In this document: one piece after another, positions 30,376 to 40,500 of the stretch
Position numbering within the stretch: the first letter of the stretch is position 1
How the letters are laid out: the number at the start of each line of letters is the position of its first letter
Assembly: GCA_015068155.1 (NCBI GenBank)
Contig: SVLC01000002.1
Span: forward strand, 12,653-76,652
Length of the DNA: 64,000 bases
Direction of reading: 5' to 3'
From: Oscillospiraceae bacterium
GTDB taxonomy: Bacteria; Bacillota; Clostridia; Oscillospirales; Oscillospiraceae
Made by a program: the position numbers and the translations under genes
Notes under the pieces: generated by a model
Databases searched by the model: none
The model's input: only the letters and a program-made list of their open reading frames with translations
What the model was told of the DNA's origin: nothing

Positions 30376-30620
30376 AAAAGCGATGAACGGGCTGTCCGGT
30401 ATCATGGGCATTTCTTTAGCGAGGGCGGGATGGTGAAAGCCGCCTGGGTGCGATATTAGGGCTTTCTCCCGGGAGCTGCCGCCTGAAATTACAGTAGGGA
30501 TCGGACGGGTGACGCCGTTATCAGTCAAACCAAAGTGCGCCGCAAATGCGGCGAATCGTGGGTGGTACCGCGGAAGGAATGCCTTTCGTCCCAAGTTACA
30601 GGGATGAAGGGTCTTTTTTA
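30376..30620 (+). promoter_or_regulatory. T-box riboswitch (Phe)
   Basis: GCGATGAA...AGCGAG...GGTGAAAG stem I, probable TTC specifier (GGCTTTCTCCCG), GGGTGGTACCGCG T-box, and a terminator hairpin with T-run. Confidence 0.93.
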
Positions 30621-30651
30621 TTTGTAAATTGCCTTTTTAGGAGGATATAAA

Positions 30652-31695
30652 ATGAAACAACAACTGGAAAACATCCGGCTGGAGGCGCTGGCCGCATTGG
30701 AAGCTGCCGACTCCCCCGCTGCGTTGGAAGAACTCCGGGTCAAATACCTGGGCAAGAAGGGCGAACTGACCGCCGTTCTGAAAATGATGGGCAAGCTTTC
30801 CGCCGAGGAGCGTCCCGTCATGGGCGCGCTGGCCAACACCGTCCGCGCTGAGATCGAGACCAAGCTGGATGAAGCCAAAGCATCCATTGGCGCCAAAGTG
30901 CTGGAAGCCAAGCTGGCTGCGGAGGCCATCGATGTCACCATTCCCGGCGAAAGCGTGGCTATGGGCCATCAGCACCCCATGAACCAGGTGTTGCAGGAGA
31001 TCAAAGATATGTTCGTTGGCATGGGTTATCAGGTGGTTGACGGCCCGGAAGTAGAGCTGGCAAGCTACAATTTCTCCCGATTGAACATTGAAGAAGGTCA
31101 TCCCAGCCGCGACCGCAGCGATACCTTCTACTTTAACGACGAGGATTCCATCCTGCTGCGCACCCAGACCAGCCCCATGCAGATCCGCTACATGGAAAAC
31201 CACCAGCCTCCGCTGTGTATGCTGGCTCCCGGACGGGTATTCCGCAAGGACGAGGCCGATGCTACCCACTCCCCCATGTTCCATCAGATCGAGGGTCTGG
31301 CTGTAGCCGAAAACATCACCATGGGCGACCTGAAGGGCGCGCTGGTGACCATTATGAAGAAGATCTACGGCGAAGACAGCGTGATGCGCTTCCGCCCCCA
31401 TCACTTCCCCTTTACCGAGCCCTCCTGCGAAATGGATATGCAGTGCCACAAGTGCCACGGCACCGGCGAAGTGGACGGTAATGTTTGCTCCACCTGCCAC
31501 GGCGAAGGCTGGATCGAGCTGCTGGGCGCCGGCATGGTCCATCCGGAAGTGCTGCGCAACTGCGGCATTGACCCCGACAAGTACTCCGGCTTCGCCTTCG
31601 GCATGGGTCTGGAGCGCATGGCTATGGGCCGGCTGAAGATCAACGATCTGCGTCTGATCTTTGATAACGATGTCCGGTTCCTGAACCAGTTCTAA
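30652..31695 (+). CDS. pheS: Phenylalanine--tRNA ligase alpha subunit
   Basis: LLRTQTSP, THSPMFHQIEG, FPFTEPS, GFAFGMGLER. Confidence 0.98.
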   Translation: MKQQLENIRLEALAALEAADSPAALEELRVKYLGKKGELTAVLKMMGKLSAEERPVMGALANTVRAEIETKLDEAKASIGAKVLEAKLAAEAIDVTIPGESVAMGHQHPMNQVLQEIKDMFVGMGYQVVDGPEVELASYNFSRLNIEEGHPSRDRSDTFYFNDEDSILLRTQTSPMQIRYMENHQPPLCMLAPGRVFRKDEADATHSPMFHQIEGLAVAENITMGDLKGALVTIMKKIYGEDSVMRFRPHHFPFTEPSCEMDMQCHKCHGTGEVDGNVCSTCHGEGWIELLGAGMVHPEVLRNCGIDPDKYSGFAFGMGLERMAMGRLKINDLRLIFDNDVRFLNQF

Positions 31696-31708
31696 GGAGG
31701 TATTTTAG

Positions 31709-34093
31709 ATGAAACTGAACAGAAAATGGCTCCATGAGGAATTTGTAGACTTGAGCCATATCTCCGATAAGGAATTTGTGGAAGTAATGACCGTAGCCGG
31801 TCAGAAGGTAGAAACCTACGAGCGGCTGGATGCCCAAATCAAAAATGTTGTAGTAGGCAAGGTTTTGGATATCGTCCGTCACGAGAATTCCGACCATATG
31901 TGGGTATGCCAGATCGATGTAGGCGAAGAAGCGCCTGTACAGATCGTTACCGGCGCCCAGAATGTGAAGCAGGGCGATCTGGTTCCTGTTGCCAAGCATA
32001 ATTCCTGGCTGCCCGGCGGTGTGCATATCACCAAGGGTAAGCTGCGCGGTGTCGCATCCAACGGTATGCTTTGCGGTTTGGAAGAGTTGGGATTGACCAA
32101 AAACGACTTCCCCTACGCCATTGAGGACGGCATTTTTATCATTGAAGAAGATTGCAAGATCGGTGATGATATCAACACGATCATTGGCAACGACGACACC
32201 CTTGTGGATTTTGAGATCACCAATAACCGTCCTGACTGCTACTCCATTATCGGTCTGGCCCGTGAAGCTGCCGCCGCTTTTGACAAGCCCATGCGTCACC
32301 ACGAGCCTGTGGTAAAAGGCAGCGACGCAGGTTCCATCTTTGATCATCTGGATGTGGAAGTGCCTGCAGAACAGCTCTGCGCCCGCTATACCTCCCGAAT
32401 GGTCGCCAATGTGAAGATCGGCCCCTCCCCCAAGTGGCTGCGTCAGCGTCTGCGCGCCAACGGCGTACGGCCCATCAATAATATCGTTGACATCACCAAT
32501 TACGTCATGCTGGAATACGGCCAGCCTATGCACGCATTTGACTATCGCTATGTTTCCTCCGGCAAGATCGTTGTGCGGGAAGCCGCTGAAGGCGAAACTC
32601 TCACCACGCTGGACGGTAATCTGCGGGTTCTCAAGCCCGGTATGCTGGTGATTGCCGACGAAACCAAGCCCATCGGCCTGGCCGGTATTATGGGCGGCGA
32701 AAACTCCGAGATCATGGACGACACCACCATGGTGGTCTTTGAGTCCGCCAACTTTGACGGCACCTCCATTCGCCAGACGGCGCTGGCGCTGGGTATGCGT
32801 ACCGACGCCTCCGGTAAGTTTGAAAAGCATCTGGATCCCATGATGACCATGCCTGCCGTGCAGCGGGCCTGCGAATTGGTGGAAATGCTGGGCGCCGGTG
32901 ATGTGCTGGACGGCACCATTGATGTGCTGAACTATATTCCGCAGCCCAAGACGCTGGAACTGGAGCCCGAAAAGATCAACAAACTGTTAGGTACTGATAT
33001 CAGTGAAGGAGCCATGGTGTCTTACCTGCGCCGCCTGGAGATCCCTGTGGAAGGCCGCACCATCCATGTGCCCTCCTTCCGTCCCGACCTGAACCTGATG
33101 GCGGATATCGCCGAGGAAGTCGCCAGACTCTACGGTTATAACGAGATCCCCACCACCTCCTTCAAAACCTCCACCCAGGGCGGCTACAGCGAGCAAATGC
33201 TGGTAGAAGCCAATCTTGGCCAGCAGTGCCGGGCGATGGGTTATAGTGAGATCATCACCTACTCTTTCGTATCTCCCTCTATTTTTGATAATATTCGTAT
33301 TCCTGCAGACTCTCCTCTGCGGAACGCTCTGAGGATTCAAAATCCCTTGGGTGAGGATACCTCCATTATGCGTACCATTGCCCTGCCCTCCATGCTGGAG
33401 ATCCTGGGCCGCAACAACGCCTACCATAACAAAGCCGCCAAGCTTTATGAAGTGGCAAAGATCTATGTACCGCAGGAAGGTCAGCCTCTGCCCGCCGAGC
33501 CTAAGATGCTGATGCTGGGCGCATATGGCACCAAGGAGAATTTCTTCACCCTGAAGGGCGAGGTGGAAGCCATCTTTACCGCTCTGCGGGTCAGGAAGGC
33601 TGTATACACCGCCGTTTCCGACAACCCCAGCTTCCATCCCGGCCGCTGCGCGAAGGTAAGCGTTGATGGCGTGGATCTGGGCTATATAGGCCAGGTCCAT
33701 CCCCTGGTAGCTAAAAACTACGGCATGGATTGTGAGGTCTACTGCGCAGAACTGAGCTTTACCAAGCTGATGGATCTGCGTCTGCCGGAAGCCACCTATG
33801 TTCCGCTGCCCAAGTATCCCGGCGTTGCCCGCGATATCGCTGTTATCTGCGATGATGCGCTGACCGTGGCCCAGGCTGAAGATACCATCATGGCCGCCGG
33901 CGGCAAGCTGCTGCGCAGCGTCAAGCTCTTCGACATCTATCGCGGTGCCGGTGTTCCTGTGGGCAAGAAAAGTCTGGCCTTCTCTCTGGAGCTGCGGGCC
34001 GATGACCGGACCCTGACCGATACGGATTCCGAGGCAGTCATGTCCAAGATCCTCAAAGCGTTGCAGGAAAAATGCGGCGCCGCTCTGCGATAA
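31709..34093 (+). CDS. pheT: Phenylalanine--tRNA ligase beta subunit
   Basis: NRPDC, INNIVDITNYVMLEYGQPMHAFD, EEVARLYGY, C-terminal FDX-ACB domain. Confidence 0.98.
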   Translation: MKLNRKWLHEEFVDLSHISDKEFVEVMTVAGQKVETYERLDAQIKNVVVGKVLDIVRHENSDHMWVCQIDVGEEAPVQIVTGAQNVKQGDLVPVAKHNSWLPGGVHITKGKLRGVASNGMLCGLEELGLTKNDFPYAIEDGIFIIEEDCKIGDDINTIIGNDDTLVDFEITNNRPDCYSIIGLAREAAAAFDKPMRHHEPVVKGSDAGSIFDHLDVEVPAEQLCARYTSRMVANVKIGPSPKWLRQRLRANGVRPINNIVDITNYVMLEYGQPMHAFDYRYVSSGKIVVREAAEGETLTTLDGNLRVLKPGMLVIADETKPIGLAGIMGGENSEIMDDTTMVVFESANFDGTSIRQTALALGMRTDASGKFEKHLDPMMTMPAVQRACELVEMLGAGDVLDGTIDVLNYIPQPKTLELEPEKINKLLGTDISEGAMVSYLRRLEIPVEGRTIHVPSFRPDLNLMADIAEEVARLYGYNEIPTTSFKTSTQGGYSEQMLVEANLGQQCRAMGYSEIITYSFVSPSIFDNIRIPADSPLRNALRIQNPLGEDTSIMRTIALPSMLEILGRNNAYHNKAAKLYEVAKIYVPQEGQPLPAEPKMLMLGAYGTKENFFTLKGEVEAIFTALRVRKAVYTAVSDNPSFHPGRCAKVSVDGVDLGYIGQVHPLVAKNYGMDCEVYCAELSFTKLMDLRLPEATYVPLPKYPGVARDIAVICDDALTVAQAEDTIMAAGGKLLRSVKLFDIYRGAGVPVGKKSLAFSLELRADDRTLTDTDSEAVMSKILKALQEKCGAALR

Positions 34094-34173
34094 TAAAAAA
34101 ATCCCAATCTGGGTCTTTACAGCAAAGGAATTTGCGGTTATAATAGCTTTATCTTGCAAAGGAGGTCGATAAC

Positions 34174-34422
34174 ATGATAGACCATACCATAAAATTCACT
34201 GTTCCCTGCGATGACAAAGAAAACATGCGTTTGATCCTTCGAAGTGTTTTCGATTCTCTAAACGAGAAGGGCTATAATCCCATCAACCAGATCGTTGGAT
34301 ACCTGCTCACCGAGGATCCCACCTATATCACCAATTATCAGAATGCCCGCAGTTTGATCTGTAAGCTGGACCGCGACGAACTGATGCAGGAATTGGTGAA
34401 AAACTATCTGTTTGAAAAATAA
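34174..34422 (+). CDS. ireB: IreB/ReoM family regulatory phosphoprotein (DUF965)
   Basis: EKGYNPINQIVGYLLTEDPTYITNYQNAR and an N-terminal T.KF phosphosite region. Confidence 0.92.
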   Translation: MIDHTIKFTVPCDDKENMRLILRSVFDSLNEKGYNPINQIVGYLLTEDPTYITNYQNARSLICKLDRDELMQELVKNYLFEK

Positions 34423-34430
34423 ATCCATTG

Positions 34431-34461
34431 GCAAGGGGCCTTTGATAAGGCCCCTTGCTTT
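34431..34461 (+). terminator. Terminator after ireB
   Basis: GCAAGGGGCCTT/AAGGCCCCTTGC stem followed by a short TTT tail. Confidence 0.7.
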
Positions 34462-34606
34462 ATGAAGCCCGCAACTTGATAATTTCATACTCCCCTCCGT
34501 CTTACCTCCCTTTCCCCTGGCAAATACTGCCATATGCGTCAAATCGGTTGACATAATTATGGCTATGTGTTACAATTCGGTAACAAAACAAAAGGAGGTA
34601 ATGTTA

Positions 34607-34897
34607 ATGGCAGAAGAAAAAGCTGTTCTGATGTACAAAGGTCGGCCCTTGATGCGCAAGGACAATATGGTCTACTACGGCTCCATGGCTGACACCCACA
34701 TCATCATGCTGCAGATTCTGGAAACCAAAAAGGTTGGCGAAGAAGACGTCGCCAGCAAGGTATCCATTCAGCTGCAACTGACGGATCCCGCCGTCAAAAG
34801 CCGGGACCGCATTGTCAAAAAGAGTGAAAAAGACGGACTTTACACCGCATTGGACCTGGGCTCCATTTGGCTGGAGCGCGCCCTTGCCGGTAAGTAA
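34607..34897 (+). CDS. Conserved hypothetical protein
   Basis: AGGAGG RBS and an upstream TTGACA-N17-TACAAT promoter. Sequence LMYKGRPLMRKDNMVYYG...LYTALDLGSIWLERAL. Confidence 0.82.
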   Translation: MAEEKAVLMYKGRPLMRKDNMVYYGSMADTHIIMLQILETKKVGEEDVASKVSIQLQLTDPAVKSRDRIVKKSEKDGLYTALDLGSIWLERALAGK

Positions 34898-34923
34898 TTC
34901 ATAAGTAAGACGGAGGGCATCGT

Positions 34924-35913
34924 ATGAAACTTCTCAAAAACACGGTTTGTGTTGCGCTGGCCATCCTTTTGATGGCAGCATACATCCCGATCAATACCCA
35001 TGCTGCCGACACCGCTTCCTTAAAAAGCGGTGTCGGTTTTGTTACCGCCAGCTCCCTGCGGATGCGGTCTGCCCCATCTACCCAATCAACCATCCTGGCT
35101 TATGCCGGAAAAGGCGAGATCGTGATTATCTTGGAACGTGTTGGCAATTGGCATCGCGTACTGTACAATCTCCAGGAAGGCTACATGCACAGCAGTTATT
35201 TGGATACTGCCGCCGTAGAAAATGCAGAGCTGGGCTACGGCAAGGTCAATTATACGGCGGTGAATATGCGTACCGGCCCGGGTACATCCTACACAAGGAT
35301 CGGACAAAGCAAACAAAATGACTTATGCTATATCATTGGCATCAACAAGCAATGGTACAAGGTCATCTGGAATGATCAGATCTGCTACATCCGCAGTGAT
35401 TACCTGAATCTAACAGAGTATCCCTACGAAAACAAAGCAAGCGCCAAATCCCCCCTGTTCTTCCGAGGCGGCAAAAGCATCGGCACACCGGTTAGTGTCG
35501 CATCCCTGAAAAACAGCAGAAACTACATTGCCAATCAAAACACATCAAAAGCTGATCAAATCATCGCCAGCGCAAAGAAGTATATAGGGGTTAGCTATGT
35601 GTGGGGCGGCACTTCTCCCAGCGGATTCGACTGCTCCGGCTTGGTGCAGTATGTATTCAAACAGCATGGCATCTCACTGAACCGGACCACCACGACCCAG
35701 TATCAGCAAGGATCCTTTGTATCCAAGGCCGGGCTGCAGCCCGGCGATCTGGTGTTTTTCCAGAACACATATACAACCGGTATCTCCCATGTGGGGATCT
35801 ACATCGGAAACAATGAGTTTATTCACGCCTCCAGCTCCAAAGGTGTGACCATCAGCAGTCTGAGCAACAGCTATTGGGCCAGCCACTATTATGGCGCGCG
35901 CCGGGTATTGTAA
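34924..35913 (+). CDS. SH3b-SH3b-NlpC/P60 peptidoglycan endopeptidase
   Basis: Signal peptide, two SH3b repeats (LRMRSAPST, VNMRTGPGT), YVWGG..PSGFDCSGL, HVGIY, FIHAS. Confidence 0.94.
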   Translation: MKLLKNTVCVALAILLMAAYIPINTHAADTASLKSGVGFVTASSLRMRSAPSTQSTILAYAGKGEIVIILERVGNWHRVLYNLQEGYMHSSYLDTAAVENAELGYGKVNYTAVNMRTGPGTSYTRIGQSKQNDLCYIIGINKQWYKVIWNDQICYIRSDYLNLTEYPYENKASAKSPLFFRGGKSIGTPVSVASLKNSRNYIANQNTSKADQIIASAKKYIGVSYVWGGTSPSGFDCSGLVQYVFKQHGISLNRTTTTQYQQGSFVSKAGLQPGDLVFFQNTYTTGISHVGIYIGNNEFIHASSSKGVTISSLSNSYWASHYYGARRVL

Positions 35914-35993
35914 TTAAAAATTTTCTGCCGGCGCAACTGCGTCGGCAGATTTTTTCTGCATTACAGGACATACTAAGCCAAAGGAGGTATGTT

Positions 35994-37013
35994 ATGCAAG
36001 CAAAGAATATGCGTGGAAAACAAAGCTTCGTGTTACCGGGCAAGCCAGTAATTACCCATTGGGCCAGTGTGGCCGGCAAAAAGGAATCCCAGGGGCCGTT
36101 GGGCAAGTGTTTTGACTACACATCGCAAGATACCTATTTCGCTCAAAAAACCTGGGAACAGGCAGAAAAAAGAATGCAGCAGTTGGCCCTTGATATCCTA
36201 TCGAAAAAAGCGGATATCTCCAAGGAAGCTTTTCCCCCTGTATACTCCGGCGATTTACTGAACCAATGTATCGGCTCATCCTTCAGCCTGAACAAAACCG
36301 GAATTCCCCATCTGGGACTTTACGGAGCTTGCTCGACAATGGCAGAAAGCCTGCTTTTGGCCGGTATGACTGTGGAGGGCGGCTTTTTCCCCCAGGCAAT
36401 TGCCATGACATCCTCCCACTTTGCCGGTTCGGAACGGCAATACCGTTTCCCGCTGGGCTATGGCGGTCAACGAACACCTACCGCGCAATGGACTGTGACC
36501 GGCGCAGGCGCCGCTTTGGTCAGCAGCTACGGAAACGGGCCCCGGTTGGAAAGCTGCACCGTTGGTACGGTAACGGAATTGGGGATCAAAGATGCCAACA
36601 ACATGGGCGCCGCCATGGCGCCGGCCGCTTACGCAACTATCCGCGCCCATTTTGAAGACCTGGGAACTTCTCTAGACGATTACGACAAGATCATCACCGG
36701 CGATCTTGGGCAGTTGGGGAAAGAATTGCTGATCAGCCTTGGAAAGCAGGATGGACTGGATTTGGATGAAAAAATTGCCGATTGCGGAACCTTGGTCTAC
36801 CAATTGGATACCCAGGATGTCCATGCCGGCGGCTCCGGCTGCGGCTGCAGCGCCATCACCTTATGCGGTTACTTCCTGAATCAATTAAAAACCAAGGCGC
36901 TTAAACGGGTATTATTTTGCGGCACCGGAGCACTGCTGTCACCCACCTCCACACAGCAAGGATTGCCGATTCCCGGCACTTGCCATGCTGTTGCTATGAT
37001 AGGAGAGGAATAA
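35994..37013 (+). CDS. spoVAD: Stage V sporulation protein AD
   Basis: GDLLNQ, GLYGACSTMAE, ERQYRFPL.YGGQR, GGSGCGCS. Start at MQAKNM after AGGAGG, with CATACTA (a sporulation-sigma -10) upstream. Confidence 0.95.
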   Translation: MQAKNMRGKQSFVLPGKPVITHWASVAGKKESQGPLGKCFDYTSQDTYFAQKTWEQAEKRMQQLALDILSKKADISKEAFPPVYSGDLLNQCIGSSFSLNKTGIPHLGLYGACSTMAESLLLAGMTVEGGFFPQAIAMTSSHFAGSERQYRFPLGYGGQRTPTAQWTVTGAGAALVSSYGNGPRLESCTVGTVTELGIKDANNMGAAMAPAAYATIRAHFEDLGTSLDDYDKIITGDLGQLGKELLISLGKQDGLDLDEKIADCGTLVYQLDTQDVHAGGSGCGCSAITLCGYFLNQLKTKALKRVLFCGTGALLSPTSTQQGLPIPGTCHAVAMIGEE

Positions 37014-37370
37014 ATGGATTATTTAATGGCATTTTTTGTCGGTGGTGCATTCTGCGCCATTGGACAGATCCTCATCGACAAGACCAAATTAACCCCCGCC
37101 CGCATCCTTGTCGGCTATGTGCTCATTGGCGTATTGCTGGGCGGGCTCGGCCTATATGATAAACTGGTAGAGATTGCAGGCGCAGGCGCAAGTGTGCCGC
37201 TGACCGGTTTTGGAAATGTGATAGCCAAAGGTATCCGGCAAGCAGTGGATGAAAAAGGCTTTTTAGGAATCTTTACCGGCGGGCTCACCGCTTCTGCCGG
37301 CGGCATTACCGCTGCAGTCCTCGCCGGATTGCTCATGAGTCTGATTTTCAGGCCAAAGGATAAAAGCTAA
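37014..37370 (+). CDS. spoVAE: Stage V sporulation protein AE (SpoVAEb)
   Basis: AFFVGG...GQILIDKTKLTPARILV and GAGASVPLTGFG. Confidence 0.93.
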   Translation: MDYLMAFFVGGAFCAIGQILIDKTKLTPARILVGYVLIGVLLGGLGLYDKLVEIAGAGASVPLTGFGNVIAKGIRQAVDEKGFLGIFTGGLTASAGGITAAVLAGLLMSLIFRPKDKS

Positions 37371-37431
37371 TGTTGTGGGTAAACTATCGTAGCGGACAAG
37401 CCGCGTATAAAGAAAACGGAGGATTTTACCC

Positions 37432-37548
37432 ATGAATAATCAGAACAAGAACAACAACTGCAATCGCAACCAGAATAGCAACGAGCAGAACCAGAATCAG
37501 AACCGTAACCAAAATCAGAATCAAAACCAGAACAAGAACGAGCGCTGA
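37432..37548 (+). CDS. Asn/Gln-rich micro-protein (38 aa)
   Basis: GGAGG RBS, then MNNQNKNNNCNRNQNSNEQNQNQNRNQNQNQNQNKNER*, followed directly by a terminator. Too short for the ORF track. Confidence 0.7.
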   Translation: MNNQNKNNNCNRNQNSNEQNQNQNRNQNQNQNQNKNER

Positions 37549-37552
37549 TGCA

Positions 37553-37586
37553 AAACACCGCCGCGAATCTCGCGGCGGTGTTTTTT
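37553..37586. terminator. Bidirectional terminator
   Basis: AAAACACCGCCGCGA/TCGCGGCGGTGTTTT. Confidence 0.85.
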
Positions 37587-40500
37587 ACATTTCCACAAAG
37601 ACTTCGGTATGGAAAAAATACAGCAAGGTCTTTTTGATAGGCTTCTTATAGATCCTTCGCAGCGCATCGGCATAAGCCTCTACCTGCGGCCGATACTGGT
37701 TGCAGCGCCGAGACAATTCTTCGCCGGTCACACGGTCTGTCTTATAATCCAGGATCGTAATGCCGTCGGATTCAATCAGCGCGCAGTCCACCACGCCTTG
37801 CAGCAGAACATATTCTCCCGCAAGCGCAGGATCATAGGCGCTGCCCTCCTCCAAAACAGAAAACTTAAACTCCCGAATCACTTCTCCTGTCCTAAGTTGC
37901 TTACCGAAGGGTGTAGCAAAGAAGCGGGCGATTTTTCCGCTGTCAATCATTTGGGCCTGTTCTTCGGAGATATACTTTTGCCGAACCAGGCGCTCTATCT
38001 CCTCCTTCACCGAATCCCCATCCACACAGGCACTGTAACGGATGTACTGCAAAACCGCATGGGTAGCATTGCCGTAATCTTTCCCCTGTGGAGAGACAAA
38101 CCCAGGCCTGCGCCATTGACGGCGGACGGATCGCTGCGGCGTATGTTCCGCAGCCTCCTCATCCTTCAAGCGTCCTTTCCGCTGGGTAGCCGTCATCTTC
38201 GAAGGCGCGGAAGTGGCAGCCAAATGCTGGTATTGAAAGGTCAGCATCTGCCCAATCTGTTCCGTCAGGCCGTCCGGCATTGGGATCCTACTGCGGTGGG
38301 ATTCGACGGTGGTTTGCGCCAACGGCGCTGTGACCACGGAGATTTTCCAGGGCTGATGGGAAACTGCCACATTGCCGGGTCTTCCGCCAACAGCAAACAA
38401 CGCCCCGGCTTCTGCCCTTTGCATAGCCGTCAGCAGTATCCAGTCACCCGGACAAACCGCCTGCCGCGCCAAAAGGTCTTTGCCGCCAATGTCCAGCCTT
38501 CTGACGATCTGCTGCAGATCTTTTTCCAGTCGGTTGGAGGCATAGGTCATGATCAACCGATCCTTGGCGCGGGTCATCGCTACATACAAGACCCGCAATT
38601 CTTCCGATAAGGTCTCCTCGCCGATCTTGGATGCGATGGCGCGTTTTGCAATGGTGGGATAGCGGATCCGTTTCTCGCTGTCCGCGGCAAACAGTCCCAA
38701 ACCCATGGTTTTATGACACAAAATGGGCACGCGCTGGCTTTCCATATTAAATTCCCTGCCAAGGCCGCAAAGGAAGACCACGGGAAATTCCAAGCCTTTG
38801 GACTTGTGGATACTCATAATACTAACACAGCCCTGGCTGGAAGCTTCTCCGGCCGAGAGCAGTCCATGGGTATCCATAGCATCCAGATGTTCCAGGAAGC
38901 GGCCAAGATCACGGTTGCCGCCTGCCTCATATTCCGCTGCCAGCTGGTAAAAAGCCTGCAAATTGGACAACCGCTGCTCTCCGTCGTCCATGGCGGCATA
39001 TACCGATTCCAGATGGGTCAATCGGAACAACTGCTGCAATAGCACCGTGATGGATTCACGGCGGGCCGTGGTGCGCAGAACGGTAAGATCCTTCAGGAAT
39101 TTTTGGGTACGCACTCCGGAATGAAGCCTCATGGCATCCAAAAATTCCCCTGTACGGCGGCAGCTTCGTATGGAAGCCAGCTCATCCGCGGTAAAGCAGA
39201 ATACAGGACTGGCCAATGCCGCCAGCAGTGGGATATCCATCCGGGGATTCTGAATCATCTGCAGGCAGGCGCGCAAGGAAACGATCTCGTCGGTTTTCAG
39301 CAGATCCACACCGCCACCGGTGGTATAGCGGATACCGCATTTGGATAGCGCCTGCTCATAATATGCTCCGGCAGATCCCGGAGAACGCAGCAAAATTACA
39401 ATGTCTTCCGGCGTAATGGGCCGCATCCGGTCGCCACTGCGCACGTAATGCTTGCCGTCCAGCATTGTTCGGATCCGGTCAGCCACATAGGCTGCTTCCT
39501 CCGGATATGTCTGTTCCTGCACATCCACACAGCAAAGTTCCACATCCGGCTCCGGCAAAGCAATGTGTGGGATCCCCTCGTACAGCGCTTCCTCCGGGCC
39601 GTAGTATAACCCCCCTACCGCCGGAGACATGCACATGGAAAACACATCGTTACAGGCCGACAGAACACCGCCGGAAGATCGGAAATTACGGCTTAGCAAC
39701 ACCTTCCGGTCCTGACCGGTTTCCGCATTTTCAGCAGGCAGAAAATCCCGGTATTTTTTCAGAAAAATCCCAGGATCCGCCAGGCGGAACTGATAAATAG
39801 ACTGCTTTACGTCGCCAACCAGGAAAAGATTTCTTCTCTGCTCTGTCAGCGCGCCGTATATTGCGTCCTGAACCGCATTGGAATCCTGATATTCATCCAC
39901 CAACACTTCCCGGAAACGCGCGCCTATCTCCCGCGCAGCCGCTGTGGGCGACGATCTGCGTTTACCCAGCAGCAGATCCAGCATTTTATGCTCCAAATCG
40001 CCAAAATCCAGCAATCTCCGGGCAGCTTTGGCCCCTTCGTAACCTTCAGCAAAGGCCTGCACAAGACCGATCAAACCCCGCACAGCCCCGGCAGAAGCAC
40101 GCAGATCCGCCAGCACGCGATCCGAGCTGTCTGTAAATGCCCGGGTTATTTTTTCCAAACCCTTCTTACAGCCATCCCGCACTGCTTTGATCTGTTCCTT
40201 CCGATCGTCATTATCCATGTTCCTTGGAAAGACCAACCGTCCAAAGTCCACATTCTTTTTTACCGAAACTTCATCCCAGGCAGTACATTCCTGCAAGGAT
40301 CGGAGTTGATGCACCGTATCCAGCAGCAGATTTCGTACTTTTGCAAGCTCTGTATTCTGGCAAAGGTCTGCGCACCGTTCCATAGCCTGGATATACATCT
40401 GCAGCCAATTTTTCATCTGTCCCATCAGGAATTCTCCGTATAGGCTTTCTGCTGCATCGGTAATATTCATGGTATCGGTTTGGGAAAGGCAGCGCTCCAA

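Noticed and set aside
34258-34488. Minus-strand ORF MKLSSCG... with a strong RBS, antisense to ireB
   Set aside because: It runs through a terminator and overlaps ireB. Its RBS and ATG are explained by the inverted repeat reported as a finding.
37367-37558. Minus-strand 63-aa Cys/Ser/Gly/Asp-rich ORF resembling a RiPP precursor or metallothionein
   Set aside because: It is the reverse complement of the N/Q ORF and starts inside the terminator without an RBS. The + strand frame has the RBS, promoter and terminator.
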